Assembly: GCA_964016885.1 (NCBI GenBank)
Contig: OZ024742.1
Span: forward strand, 171,306,001-171,370,000
Origin: Eledone cirrhosa
Taxonomy: Eukaryota
DNA: 64,000 nt
Reading direction: 5' to 3'
A program made the position numbers and the translations under genes. The notes below the pieces were generated by a model. The model had not been told where the DNA came from and searched no databases. It saw only the letters and a list, made by a program, of their open reading frames with translations. Of this stretch, positions 1 through 14,228 are shown piece by piece. Numbering within the stretch: position 1 is the first letter of the stretch; each line of letters begins with the position of its first letter.

Positions 1-852
1 CCACCCAACCAACCAAAAACCCTACTTCCAGCCAAACCATGTAATATGCAAGCTAACCATGTGTCCAAACATCCAGCCAAGCATCAATCCAGCCCACTTA
101 TCAAACCACCAACCAAAGAACCAGCCAGCCAGTCCACCATCCAGCCAGCTAGCCTACCATCTATACAGCCAGCCAGCCCACCACCTACCCAGTGAGCCAT
201 CCCACCACAACACACCCAGCCAGTCAGCAAACCAACACTGGCAAACAAATAATAGCTAGTAAGACAGACAGAGAACTTTGATTTATATTTCAACATCATG
301 AAGAACATCGGAGGGACTACAAATCTGATTATATAAATCATTTTTTAAATAAAAAAAAACACACGCACACACAGAAAAAATCTCTACAACTAACGAAAAG
401 GAAAGCATAAATAACTAAATATATAGATGAATAATAAAACTAACAAATATTGAAAACTGAAGAAAAAAATAAGGTGGTAAGAGATAAGAAAGAAAGTTGT
501 GTAATATTTGTTGTAATATATTTGAAAACATCATGTCTAATATCTATAAAACTTGTTTCCTTTCTACGCATTGATGATCTCTGAAAACATCACTCCTCTC
601 TGTCCCTACATATCATCTTATATCTTCTTACTGACCATTGTTGATTTATGTATAACATAACGCATACACACACGCACGTGGACACACACACACACAGGTG
701 AACACAGACACACACACGCACGTGGACACAGACACATACACGCACGTGGACACAGATACAGACACACACACACATACACACGCACACTCACACGCACACG
801 CATGCACACATACATGTACATATGTGAGTGTAAAGGCATGCTGTGTAACTTT

Positions 853-950
853 TAGGGTGTTGGGCTCACGTTCCTAAGGCCGTGATTTCGATTCCTGAAC
901 CGGGCGACGCGTTGCGTCATTGAGCAAGACACTTGGTTTCACGTGGCTAC
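853..950 (+). mobile_element. Diverged tRNA-derived SINE 5' fragment (family 2)
   Basis: B-box-like GATTTCGATTCC followed by TTGAGCAAGACACTT; similar to 50085-50410 and 50455-50565. Confidence 0.55.
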
Positions 951-1790
951 AAAATGATTCATTACTCTAATTCAACTGAAGCACTCATCGTCGCAAACGA
1001 CTGAGGTTAAACACTCACATATTGACAAACACATACACATATATACACACGCATACATATATCCATACACAAACACACACATATATCAAAGTTGCACGTT
1101 GAAAAACCGAAATATGTGAGACGAACGAACAAAGGCATCTATCTGCCCCGTCTGCCATCATCTGGTTAATGCTATTTCGTTATTATGGGTGGGATTGCCT
1201 CATACTGAATGACTGCTTGTACAAGACTTCTTGCAACATGCATGTGGAAAATACAATATATAGAGAGGGAAAAATGAAGAGTATTTCCAGGGTGTGTGAC
1301 GAATCTGGCCCTTTGAATTATATGTGCAGCCATTGCAACGGGTTTCCAAACAGTTTCTGTCTTCCCGAATTTATTCACAGTGTATGGGTAGACACGAGAT
1401 TATGGTAAATGACACTCGCTCAAGATGTTTCGTATTTGGATTTAACCTGGAACCTAATGAACCTGTGGCCAACACTCCAAACATTCTGTCATGTTGTACC
1501 CAGTCTATTCTATTTTGTACTACCGGATATGTCTGTAGACTTTAAAGCAGTCATGGGCAATCTGCTGCTCGCGAAGCTTTCTGAATGGCTCACCTAAGTC
1601 ACGTAAGTGAACATTTTTGATTTTTTTACGCCAACTTTTCAGTCGTAATTTATCTTTCTATCATTTTTGCGATCGCGGAAAACAACGTGTACGAAATTTG
1701 AAGAAACAAGTCAAAACAATCTGAGTAACCGCCCTTCTTTTGGCTGATGTAAATTAGCGCTTGCGGTCCGCCTGAGATAAGCCATATCTC

Positions 1791-1980
1791 AGGCGGTGAA
1801 TTGGCATTATCGGTAGAGGGTTGGACGCCATGCTTTCTAGCATAGTTACGTCCCTTTACAGTCTGAGTTCAAATCCCGCCGAGGTTAACTTTGCCTTTCA
1901 TCCTTACGGGGTCGATAAAATAAAGTACCAGTAATGTACTGGGTAATTGCTGGCCTTGTGCCTAAAGTAGAAACAATTAT
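1791..1980 (+). mobile_element. tRNA-derived SINE (family 1)
   Basis: A-box-like TGGCATTATCGG, B-box GAGTTCAAATCC, core GCCTTTCATCCTTACGGGGTCGATAAAATAAAGTACCAG and an ATT tail; seven copies in the window. Confidence 0.85.
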
Positions 1981-2012
1981 TAATATTCGATTACATTTAT
2001 TATATATATATA

Positions 2013-2089
2013 TAATGAAGGAGTTGTGGTAAGTCCAGAAATAGCCGTCGAAACGGCTTGAGCTCTGCCGTCGGGGTCATACATTTTCC

Positions 2090-2092
<3 letters not shown>
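2013..2092 (+). mobile_element. Fragment of the GACGGCT half-hammerhead family between (TA)n tracts
   Basis: GCCGTCGAAACGGCTTGAGCTCTGCCGTCGGGGTC matches the copies at 28322, 29642 and 47231. Confidence 0.7.
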
Positions 2093-2123
<31 letters not shown>

Positions 2124-2822
2124 GAGAAGAAAGAATACTGTATGGTTGCACATGGGTTACATATGATAAAAATAGTCCTTCGTCAGTGATTTTCCAACCT
2201 TCATTGGTATTTCATCGCTTTAAAAATCATATACCTCCGGTTGGTGCGAGCAATAGCTAAATAAAGCTATTGGGACAAGTAAATCGCGTAAAGCGAGCGA
2301 GACAAGTAAACAACAGGGAAGGAAAGCAACGCAAAGATAGGAAAAAACAAGCAGCATGGAAATCCGGTGAGCTTAAGCGGCGTGGATTTCATGAGCGAGA
2401 TATATATATATATATACACACGTATATATGAATGTGTGTGCGTGTGTGTAACAGTTAGACAAAACATTAATACAACACTCGAAAAAATAAGAAATATGGG
2501 CGTTATGCACAACATAAAGGTGGTGTTCCAGTATAGCCGCAGTCTAATGACTGAAGGAATCAAAAGAATACACACACACACACACGCTTCAATGCTAAGC
2601 ATTGTGGGTTGGCAGGAGCGATAAAAGAGGGCGGTGGTCTTTAGGTGGGTACAAAAATGCATTCGTTAATCACAACCAAGCATTCTGCCACATACATGAG
2701 TCTAGGGGTATTAAACAGGGTGTCAGTAGACATTGGCCGAAATCCAGCGTAGCGTGACGGTGGAAACTTAAAGGGTTGTAAGCGCTATAAAAGTGTACAA
2801 AGGTATAGAAATTGTATAAAAT

Positions 2823-3008
2823 AATTGTTTCTACTTTTGGCACAAGGCCAGCAAATATTACCAGTGTATTACTGGTACTTTATTTTATCGACCGCGTAAG
2901 GATGAAAGGCAAAGTTAACCTCGGCGGGATTTGAACTCAGGCCATAAAGGGCCATAACTCTATGCTGCAAGGCATTGTGTCTGACTCTCTACCGATACTG
3001 CCAATCCA
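2823..3008 (-). mobile_element. tRNA-derived SINE (family 1)
   Basis: Reverse complement of 1791-1980. Confidence 0.85.
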
Positions 3009-3207
3009 TAAAATAATAAAAAAAAGTTATAAACAGTTATAAAAGTTCTAAAGGTTACAAAAAATATAAAATTCTCAAAAATTATTAAAATTACAAAGAT
3101 TACAAAAAAAATTATGAGAATTATGAAAAATAGGTATGAATGTGACGTTAAATAAATTACAAAAGAATTAGGAAAAATAAAATAAGAGAAGATAAATTTT
3201 GTAGAAA

Positions 3208-3396
3208 TATTGTTCCTACGTTTGGCACAAAGCCAGCAATTATCTCAGTGTATTACTGATGCTTTATTTTATCGACCCCGTAAGGATGAAACGCAAAGTT
3301 AACCTCCGCGGGATTTGAACTCAGACCATGAAGCGCCGTAATTCTTTGCTGCTAAGCATGGCGTCCGATCCTCTACCGATACTGCCAATCCACCAC
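3208..3396 (-). mobile_element. tRNA-derived SINE (family 1)
   Basis: Reverse complement of 1791-1980. Confidence 0.85.
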
Positions 3397-3654
3397 CAAT
3401 GTTAATAGTCACCGATTACTAAAGTGGTTAATTATAATGTTAATGTCAAAGATTCGTGAAAGTAAATTATTCAATGATTAAGGGGTAATGAAACTATTTC
3501 GCGCATATATGTATTTGTATTGTGGACGAAAATGTGGAGTGGCGTACCCACGACTGACGTAGCAGTCCTCCCCATCCCCCCAAATCGAATAATTAGACTA
3601 CTAGTGACCAAGTATATTCAAATAATGAAGGGAGGAAAATTAATTCTTCTTCTT

Positions 3655-3686
<32 letters not shown>

Positions 3687-3984
3687 AGCTGGACAACCTT
3701 GCTAACAACAGTCACATTACAACGTGGATCGGGAGGTTTTTTTTATTCGTGTAGATCACCCAGACTAGGAATATTATCATGTCCTTGACGGAACTGATGG
3801 GTTCTCCCAACCCTTTCTTTGGTAAGCTTTCTATAGCTGGATGCCCCTCTTATCAACAACTCCTTTACAGCGTGTACTGGGTGAGTTTTCCCCGTAGATC
3901 ACCAACACTATAGAGGTTGTTTATCATAGATCCAACTGAAGAGTCCTCTCTGCTCTGGATAGGGGGGACATAGGGGAGGGAAAC

Positions 3985-4034
<50 letters not shown>

Positions 4035-4376
4035 AACTGGCTCTCCAACTCTCCTACCTCCTCTTCGCTAAGACCCGGCATTCCAGCCATATCCATTTCC
4101 TCAGTCGCTGCCTCCACCTCCACCTCATCCCCCACGGCTTCCGAATCCACTTCCACACCTCCCCCTCGCTTCACCCTCCATCCAACATATTCTCACCCGC
4201 TCTTCGCGCCTCTACATGCGCGCCTACACCCCCACCCCCACCTCCACCCCACCCCGCCCCACCCTCACCCCTCACCCTCACCACCACCCCCACTCTCACT
4301 AAGCGTGAACCTAAATCCTATTGTAACTTGTACACCTGCGTTTGTTGTTTTTTACTTTACCCTCTCTCTCTCTCTC

Positions 4377-4443
<67 letters not shown>

Positions 4444-5104
4444 TAACAATTCAATTTGAGTTTGGAACTACCGGTGGTTTCAAGTTGATTATCCGTCTGG
4501 AACCCGCTGGTCCCAAAGTTGAATGAAATTGTGAATATAAATACTCAACTTACACACGATCTGTTGGAGGCTATTTTTTTTTTGTTCGTACCCCTCCCCC
4601 CCCCCTCTCTCTCTCTCTGTATATATATATATTAAAAAGATTGTTTTGCGCTCATAAATGGAATACATCAGTTAATCAAAAAATAACATCTAAATTGTCA
4701 TTTTCCATTTTATTTAAATCTGGGTTGATATCAAAAGCAGCCTCTTTGATATTTCGATGTTGTCTCTCGAGAGAATTGTCAAAATATTCAATGTAAATAG
4801 ATAAAGACGGAATTTAATTAATAATATTATATGACTATAAAATTATAATAGAAATTTCATTATATTTGATATATTTATTTACTATTGTTGTTTTCTTTTA
4901 AAAATATAATTTACATTTTTTTTTTGTTTTGTTTGCGAAGTGGTTTAGCGAAAGCCATACGATGGCACCATCTCAGACATCAAATGATTGGTACCAAATG
5001 AGTCACCATGCTTTTATCTTAATGGTTACACTATTCTTCAGTATTATCTAGCAAGTATTTATCATTGTCTCTTTGTTTGTTTATTTTCTTTCTGTCTGTC
5101 TTTC

Positions 5105-5991
5105 ACAACAATAACAGCAAAGACGACAACAATAGCAACAACAACGACGAACAACACCGAACAACAAACAGCAACAACAACAACAACAACAACAACAACC
5201 ACCACCACCACCACCACCACCACCACCACAGCGACAAATCAGATAACTACAACAACGGCTACAACTATAAAACAATTACAATGAAATGTAGGACGGCGAC
5301 AATAACGACATCATCATCAACGTCAACAACAACCAAAGCAGCAGCAGTAGTCGTAGTAGTAGTCGTAGTAGTAGTAATAGTAGCAGTAGTAGTGTTGGTG
5401 GAGGTGATGGTAGTAGTAGTAGTAGTGTTGGTGGATATGATGGTAGTAGTAGTAGTAGTAGTGTTGGTGAAGGTGATAGTAGTAGTAGTAGTAGTAGTGT
5501 TGGTGGAGGTGATGGTAGTAGTACTAGTAGTAATAGTAGCAGTAGTAGTGTTGGTGGAGGTGATGGTAGTAGTAGGAGTAGTAGTAGTGTTGGTGGAGGT
5601 GATGGTAGTAGTAGTAGTAGTAGTAGTGTTGGTGGAGGTGATGGTAGTAGTAGTAGTGTTGGTGGAGGTGATGGTAGTAGTAATATTAGTAGTAGTAGTA
5701 GTAGTTGTAGTGGTAGTAGTAGTAGTGGTGGTGTTCGTGGAGGTGATGGTAGTAGTAGTAGTAGTAGTAGTTGTTGTAGTGGTAGTAGTAGTAGTCGCAT
5801 CATCGTAAAGTTTCAAGTGTATTTATATAAAATCATTGCCGCAGAGCTGGCATCATCATCACCATCATCATCATCAGCATCAGCATCATCACCATCATCA
5901 TCACCATCATCATCACCATCACCATCATCACCATCATCATCATCATCACCATCACCACCACTATCATCGTCACCATCATCATCAGAATTAG

Positions 5992-6056
<65 letters not shown>

Positions 6057-6140
6057 AATGATCCCCAATATCAATGTAACCACGGTCACCACCATCATCA
6101 TCAACATCGCAGCATCACCACCACTCCCAACAACAACAAT
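5105..6140. repeat. Compound trinucleotide tract (AAC/CAC/GTA/CAT/TAC) containing a higher-order GTGTTGGTGGAGGTGATG(GTA)n minisatellite
   Basis: Directly visible; explains the poly-V and poly-T ORFs. Confidence 0.95.
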
Positions 6141-6360
6141 GAAAAGCCAGCTGTCCACTGATGGGATTCCAATTCAGAATCTTTAAGGAATTAAAATAAA
6201 ATTTACGTCAAGGTTAGTGACCAGGACACAATCGATTTATCACCAAAAAATCAATAAACAAACATTGATTTTTTAACTCAGGCACTCGTCTAGAAAACTA
6301 TATTTTGTGGAGATGAGGTGGGTCATCGCATATATCGATCTCAAGTAATTGGTTAATATT

Positions 6361-6500
6361 CAGGCAGAGAATTGGCCAAGTCGTAAGAACCCCTGATTAA
6401 ATGTCTCGGTATTTGTGGCGGCCCACTGAGCTCTGATTTCAAATTCCACCGAGGCCAATTTTCCATTTCAACCGATCGAGGTCGATAAATCATGTACTAG
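6361..6500 (+). mobile_element. Diverged family-1 SINE
   Basis: CTGATTTCAAATTCCACCGAGG...GAGGTCGATAAATCATGTACTAG resembles the family-1 core. Confidence 0.6.
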
Positions 6501-6699
6501 ACTAGAGAGCTGTATATTGATGGAATTGATAAGGCAATGACTGCCCCTTTATATAAACTGTGTTCCAATTAGTTTACGGCAAGTTTGACTAAACATCATT
6601 GTAATAAATATTTACATAGATATTTAATTGGACTTAAAGGTAAACAGTATCTTAATATGTAATAGCATCTTAATATATACAAGAGACTGAGACTGAGAC

Positions 6700-7100
6700 T
6701 TAGACTTGGACACTGACCAAGAAAACTCACTCAGATAGTGGATGGGTCCAACTCGAGAATACTGAGGATGGCTCTGAACACTAATCAATATAGGCTGAGG
6801 GTGACGAACTCAGAGCTGTACGGGAGCCTCCCAAAAGTCAGTAGCTCGAAAGAGGAGACTGAGGTTAGCTGGACATGCTCATCGACATTCAGAGTTGACA
6901 CTGCACTCAGTGCTCCTTTGGGAGCCCCTACATGGACACACTAGAAGAGGGAGACCGATGTTGACATATGTTGATGCCCTAAGGACAGATGCAGTTCTCC
7001 CGGAGACGCAGAAGATGGCAGCGATGATGAAGGACTGAGACCGCTGGAGAGAACTCGTCCATGGATCTCGGGAATTTTACCCGCCCTAGATAGACAGATA
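6700..7100 (+). mobile_element. RTE-clade LINE 3' fragment with GATA tail
   Basis: Translates to TWTLT..VDG.NSRILRMALN...LYGSLPKVSS then LLWEP.HG.TRRGRP; homologous to 16441-16846. Confidence 0.8.
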
Positions 7101-7456
7101 GATATATACAAGTAAATATGTATAATATAGCTCCCTGTATATCAGTATACGTATATAATTTCATGTGTATTTTTATATGATCCAAGAAATATGACTCAGT
7201 TTTGTACCTATGTACATAGTGAATAGGGGTACATATATTCTACATAAAATTTACAGTCGAAATCCTTTATTTATTTTAGTTATTGATAAACCCAGGCAAA
7301 GCCAGACACTTCTGCTAGTATACGATATCACATATAATTTAAACACGCATAAACACACACCCACATAGACATACACACATCCCGCACGCACCATACTATT
7401 TAAATAATATAAAATACGTCTACGTTTACATGTCATTCGTTCATTGTTTCATAATT

Positions 7457-7519
<63 letters not shown>

Positions 7520-7563
7520 AAAAGAAAATATATGCTATTTTCAAAAATACACAAATGAATAGT

Positions 7564-7613
7564 GAGCGGTACTGATGAAGGGTGATACCCAGAAACATTA
7601 GTGTCTGCAGTTC
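7564..7613 (+). ncRNA. Type I hammerhead ribozyme motif in a TA-flanked insert (7514-7737)
   Basis: GAGCGGTA-CTGATGA-aGGGT(gat)ACCCa-GAAACA(ttag)TGTC-TGCAGTTC; stems I to III pair, and the predicted cleavage triplet is GUC. Confidence 0.7.
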
Positions 7614-7732
7614 TGTTCACATGCCAACACAAGACCAAGAATGAAGGGTTCATTCTACAGAAATGGCTATAAAATTGAGGCTTGTTTGCATAATTGCAAA
7701 CGAATCGAATGTTATTATTAATATTCGACAAA

Positions 7733-7804
<72 letters not shown>

Positions 7805-8504
7805 AATTATATATATATACACATTCACATATTATGTCACCCATATATATAAACAGATTTGATCTTATATGTTCTGTGTACATAGATCTGTGGTTTTTCA
7901 TATTTATTTTTTTTTATTCAAAGCGTATTTTATAAAAAAAAGAAAATGTTTATATTTTGGAAAGAAAAAACTTCTGAAACGGAAAACAATACGAAGAGCT
8001 GATATTTAGAAAAGAAATGTCTAGAGATAAATCAATTCTGAATATTACCCAAGATCTGCAGTATTAAGACAATATTCTGTGACAGTAAGAAATAGTTAGG
8101 AAGTTTTGGGGTTATATTTTTTTAGAAAAAGATAGAAGCACATTGAATTGGTTTACACATACGATTTATAATCATGCGTTCACTTTCTCATCGACAATGA
8201 TAGTTGTGTTTCGAGTAGAACCATTAGAGCATACCTTTTAACTCACAGGGCATTTTTAGAACAAACAAAGGTATTTTGGTGCACGTTGCACCTAAATTCA
8301 AAAATTTATCCAAAAGATTATTTATACATATTAACATAGGATAATATGAATATACAGATAATTAAAAATATAGAAACATTATTTTGGCTTCCTTCTTTAG
8401 TCAATAAATAGAACAAATTTATCAATGAGAAACGAACACTTTTTTTTTTATTACTGCGTTTTCATTCTTAGTTCAGTTTTGTCCTTTGACAGTTAAATAT
8501 GAAC

Positions 8505-8670
8505 ATTGGGTCGGACGCCATGCTTTCCAGCATAGTTACGTCCCTTTACGATCTGAGTTCAAATCCCGCCGAGGTTGACTTTGCCTTTCATCCTTAAGGG
8601 GTCGATAAAATAAAGTACCAGTAATGCACTGGGTAATTGCTGGCCTTGTGCCTAAAGTAGAAACAATTAT
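8505..8670 (+). mobile_element. tRNA-derived SINE (family 1), 5'-truncated
   Basis: Near-identical to 1820-1980. Confidence 0.85.
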
Positions 8671-9399
8671 AATAAATTTCAACTTTTCTTTCTATCTTCA
8701 AATAGAAATCAGTTCTTTCAAGGCGGATAGTTTGGAAACCAATAACTTCGATGATTGACTAAATATGATGTAAAATATATTAAATTCATGAGGACTTAAT
8801 AACGTATTTTTGATACTATAAGGAACTATGGAATGTAGCTGCTCATTTCAGCTCGCACAACGCTGTAAATGAATTAAAATTAATCTAATATCCTGGACAA
8901 TAGTAAACCGGATTTTGGTAGGTAACAGAGTGAAGATTTATCTCTGCCTACTTCTAAGAATGACCACTGTTTTAGCTTTAACTACGTCTAAAAATAAGCA
9001 AGCAAAGGCTCAAGTGGTGGTCATACCCGGATTAAGTTAACTAGAGGTCCTAGGTTAAAGTAGATTTGGGGCCATCAGCATCTGCTCGTAAGACGCGTTT
9101 AATGAAAATTGAAAAGAAACATACATGTAGTTCTAAACATAGGACTATGGTGCAATACTAAAACAGCTCTGACATCCAAAGAAAAATTATAACACTTATA
9201 ATAATTTAAATTTTCACAAAAGCGTCATACCTCATAGCTATATTTTGATAGATGTTTTAATATATGTTTTAATATATACTTCAAACGAGACGGGGACCCT
9301 CGGACATAAGCCCACATTCAAATCCTGTACCGGTGACACTGACTATTGAGATTAAAAACAAAGATAAATTAATTCATAATTTAGTGATAAATATGTTTC

Positions 9400-9546
9400 T
9401 ACTCTTTCCGTCTACCAGATTTCACCCACAAGGCATTGATCAATCCGAAACTATAATAGAAGATACTTGAACAAGGAGCCAGGCAATTAAACTGAAACGA
9501 AAGCACGTAATTGCTAAGCAAACACCTTAACTATACAATCATGCCA
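9400..9546 (-). mobile_element. Diverged tRNA-derived SINE (family 3)
   Basis: The minus strand reads as a decayed tRNA head followed by CCTTGTTCAAGTATCTTCTT, a typical SINE core. Confidence 0.5.
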
Positions 9547-9954
9547 GCGTCGATAGTAATATAGTATAGAAAATTATTTCATATATTTTATATCATAACA
9601 GCTGGAGAGTTAGGTGAGCGGTTAAAATGTTATATGTTGGTAATATTAGCACGTTATAACGTTCGGTGTGATTAAGTTGTGAAATAAATAACTGGCAGTA
9701 GTTTGTATTGTATACATGCGTTAGTACTTATGAGGAAACATCTGACGGATTGACAACCCACATAAGACACATAAACTGGCTCCAAAAAGACATAAACTTA
9801 CATCATTATCACACATTTAATGCTGTTTCCAAGAAAGAAATGAGCTTTAAAAAATCGGCGTGTAAAGTCGTTCCTTGAGATTGATTCAGTAGTAGCATTA
9901 CACAATAGGCACATGCTGTGGTGTTATACATATTTATACATATTTACACACACA

Positions 9955-10004
<50 letters not shown>

Positions 10005-10132
10005 AAATATTATATATATATATATATCCGGTTTAGAATAGGTACGCCGTAACTCCACTTGTCTTAAGAGAGTAGCATTACACAATGCACACAGTCCGAT
10101 GCTTTACATATTTACTTATAATCAATCCCTCT

Positions 10133-10232
<100 letters not shown>

Positions 10233-11100
10233 GGTATGTATGTGTTTGTGTCTCAGGTTTAGAATATGTAACTGTCCTTGATGTAAAACACCGCGGAGAA
10301 AACGTTGGCGGCAGGAAGGGTATGCAGCTGTAAACAATGCATCAAAATGACACCATCATAAGCATGACTCCTTTCATGGGCTTCTCTAGACTACTCCATG
10401 CTTTATCATCGAAAATGACCTAAATAGGCTTCTATATACATATGCATATATATGTATGCATATATGTTAGTACGCACATGTATGCACATACATACACACA
10501 AACACTTACATTCATACATTTTTACATATACACATGCATATATACATACACACGCATACATAATTACACAGATAGTGGAATAACTCGTAAGACTATTTCT
10601 TAGACAAAAAGCAGACATTGGCACAAACGTCTTATTGATGTTGTCAATGATGTCGCCTTAGATGGCTCATCAAACCCACCAGCATTAACTCACCAGCAAC
10701 GTGACGCACTTTAGTACTCATGCCACATAAAAAACAAGGAGTAAGAGCTACTCAAAGATATTGCCATGAGTATGACGCCTGCTATGGCTTAGTAGCCCAG
10801 CCTTCGACATGCATAGACATCCGCAACCCTCCCAGTTGTGTGAGCGGTTTAACATGTATCTTCTTCTGGTTTTATAATTTCACTATGTATGTATGTATGT
10901 ATGTATGTATGTATGTATGTATGTATGTATGTATGTATGCATGCATGTATGTATTTATGTATGTATGTATGTATGCATGTATGTATGTATGTATGTACGT
11001 ATGTGTCTATGCTTGTATGTTTTGTGTATATATGTACATACAGACATGCGTGCATGCATACATACATACATACAAACAATTATATGTCATATTGCTCTCA

Positions 11101-11300
11101 AGGTAACATGTGATCTAGTACAACCTATCGCATGGTCGGTTCTACGGCGACTAAAATGGTAACCCCTTCAAGCCGGCGGATTTTTGTACCTCCTATGGGG
11201 AAAAAAACTAAAACCTGTCAAAGGGTAAAGGAACTTAGCAGAATCAACAACCAACCAAAGGTTTAGTGGGAGGGAGGAAATCTCTGGTACAAAGACCTGA
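11101..11300 (+). mobile_element. Diverged 5' part of the bipartite RTE-derived element
   Basis: GGTAACATGT..TAGTACAACCT..GGCGACTAAA..AAAACCTGTCAAAGGG matches 52090-52230. Confidence 0.6.
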
Positions 11301-12029
11301 ACATGAATTAGTTGCTGGTCGTCCCATTGGCATTTCCTGCTCGTTTTTATTTTTTTTGAAACGCAGGCGGAGATCGGTGCAAGCTAAGTCCATTATTATC
11401 AAATTCACGTGCAAGAACTTCTTAGATCCTTGAACGGATAACAGACAACGTTTCATTCAAAATACCAACGGTGATTGGGAGAGCTTTTGATGCATTAGGC
11501 CTAACACCTGGAGGTATGTAGCAGGAAACCTACACGCAGGATATTTGTCTTTTTGTTTTCAATCTTAGGCATTGTTACGATTTGGCAGTACCCCAGTGAT
11601 TGTGCAACATGTCGACCAGGAAATGAGCATCTTGTAGCCGGAGGTGGTTTTGCCTTAAGGACCTCCCTTCTAATATCAGACGAATCTGCAAATAGAAACA
11701 CCACTGCTCCCTAAACACGGAGCCTGTCAATTTCTACTTTCCCCACTTTCCTTCTTCCGTGGCCCAATAGTCCCTGCTCTTATATGGCATTCATAGTCCT
11801 TTTCTATAGAGCCTTATTTGCCCTTCTTTACCCCTCCCCCTTTTTTAATTACATAATTTTGATTTTATCTTTTCTTTTCATATTTCCGTAATATTTCCAT
11901 CATTGTATATATTATTTTTGTAAAATATAGTTGACATAATATGTTTAGACAGGATGTTTAGTTGTTAAATTGATATCTTTGAATAGAAAAGCCTTGAAAA
12001 ATATAAATAAAGATGAAAAAACTTGAAGT

Positions 12030-12200
12030 GTAAGGTGATTTGAATAATCGTGTTGAATATGATTCTACTACAAGGAACAGCCTCGGTTGTCATGGAATGG
12101 GAAGGTATAATAATAACGGACATCATCTGTTACAGGCGTGTCGGGAATTCAATATTTTCATAGGAAACACGTGGTTCAGACGGACCAACATTACAAGGAG
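12030..12200 (+). pseudogene. APE endonuclease relic of an RTE-like LINE
   Basis: GDLNNRV...LGCHGMGRYNNNGHHLLQAC...IGNTWF matches the RTE endonuclease pattern GDFNARV...G.HG.G..N.NG..LL..C....I.NT.F. Confidence 0.7.
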
Positions 12201-12502
12201 GACTGAATGCATCCTCATACTATCAGTTGTATGAGTAGGGCACAGTGTTGAACGGACCTCCACCTCCTAAGAGCAACTCTCTCTATTCATGATCGGAAGA
12301 AGGTGAGACATGGTAGTGTCAAGGTGCACAAATGCAGAAGTATTTTAATGTCTCACAACTAGCCTGCCCAGAAAAATGAAATGATTTTCAAGAAGCAGTC
12401 CAACAATTCGAAATCACCAAAACTAACGATATATGCCTGTCTGTCAGTAAACACCGTTATGAAGCAGCGGCTAGGAATCATTTTAACATACATACGTGTG
12501 TA

Positions 12503-12579
<77 letters not shown>

Positions 12580-12830
12580 GAATAATCGAGTATCGAAAAA
12601 TCGGCGCACGAGTTCACGATAAACAAAATTCGACATGAGTGGCAGAGGGCTCAATAATTCAGATAAATCAGAGCTATAACTATCGTTAAAATACCAACAC
12701 ACAAAGATTATGTCTAAAATCACCCATACGACCAAAAAATTACGATCAGGAAGATTCGGGTCACTCAGATAAAATATCAATAAATCAATAAATCATATGA
12801 ATGTAAACATATACACATACACACGAAATC

Positions 12831-12861
<31 letters not shown>

Positions 12862-12874
12862 CTATCTATTCCGC

Positions 12875-12983
<109 letters not shown>

Positions 12984-13045
12984 TTATGTATGTATGTATG
13001 AATGTATGTATGTATGTATGTATGTATGTATGTATGTATGTATGT

Positions 13046-13300
13046 AGTGCTCACTATAAAAGCTTCACGGCACAGGCATTGCTTTATATCTGGAGTCTCT
13101 CTGCACTTGTCATCACATGGTACCATGGGCCCAGCACTATGTGTCAATAATTGTCACAAGTGTAGTGTTTGTACCAGAGTTTTCAAGTCTCTGGCTGGAC
13201 TAAAAAGTCACACTCGTTCAGCGCATCGGTATGGGTTTTCCTACATTGATATAAAGTAGTGGCCGTACTCGAAAACGAGTTGGCAACTACCATGTACGTA
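13046..13300 (+). mobile_element. 3' half of the bipartite RTE-derived non-autonomous element, in (TATG)n
   Basis: Encodes the C2H2 relic CSVCTRVFKSLAGLKSH; near-identical to 52425-52676. Confidence 0.85.
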
Positions 13301-13511
13301 TGTATGTATGAATATATAAATGTCTGTGTCTATGTATCTACATACTTGCAGTCAATAGATTGCGGGCATAATAAGGCAAGGCTTTTAAGGGCTTCTGTAG
13401 TCAATCATATCGACTGCATTACGTATTTCTCTTACGCTAGGTATTTATTATATTGATCTCTATTCAATATATTGAGACACATAAAGAAGACATGTTAAAC
13501 AACAACACCAG

Positions 13512-13544
<33 letters not shown>

Positions 13545-13606
13545 CATACAAAGTAGTCGCAGGCACACACACACACATATATATTTATATATATATATAT
13601 AAATAA

Positions 13607-13668
<62 letters not shown>

Positions 13669-13670
<2 letters not shown>

Positions 13671-13725
13671 CTCTCTCTCTCTCTTAGGAAGTGCTCCCGG
13701 TTGCACACATAAGTATATATGAATG

Positions 13726-13777
<52 letters not shown>

Positions 13778-13827
13778 CATTCATATATACTTATGTGTGC
13801 AACCGGGAGCACTCCCTAAGAGAGGGA

Positions 13828-13860
<33 letters not shown>
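13669..13860. repeat. Palindrome centred on (TA)n, with about 50-bp unique arms and (CT)n/(AG)n outer arms
   Basis: CTTAGGAAGTGCTCCCGGTTGCACACATAAGTATATATGAATGATTG is the reverse complement of 13774-13820 with one mismatch. Confidence 0.9.
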
Positions 13861-13864
<4 letters not shown>

Positions 13865-14164
13865 TAAAAGAAGCAATCATTATTTAAATATACTGTGTCT
13901 TCTTACCTGCCAAGAAATATTCTCCAAGGAAATAGGAGTAATTTTATGTAAATGAACGCTATTCATGTTTACCTTTTTACCAGCGGCCAATTTATTAGAC
14001 ACCGGATTACGCCGGAGAGTAGTTTGGGTTTCTATTTCTATAGAATCAAATCGTACTTTCTAATGATAATCTGATGCTAGTGTCACACAGATTCATATAT
14101 ATCTGCTTGCAAGATGATTTGCGTAGTATGTATGCTAATTACAACTCACATACCCTAAGCAAAC

Positions 14165-14221
<57 letters not shown>

Positions 14222-14228
<7 letters not shown>

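Noticed and set aside
4446-4800. Imperfect inverted repeat and a possible GIY-YIG C-terminal relic (RNIKEAAF..P.LN)
   Set aside because: Too short and diverged to support without a database search.
5065-5816. Long poly-V, poly-T and poly-L ORFs
   Set aside because: They are translations of trinucleotide repeats, not genes.
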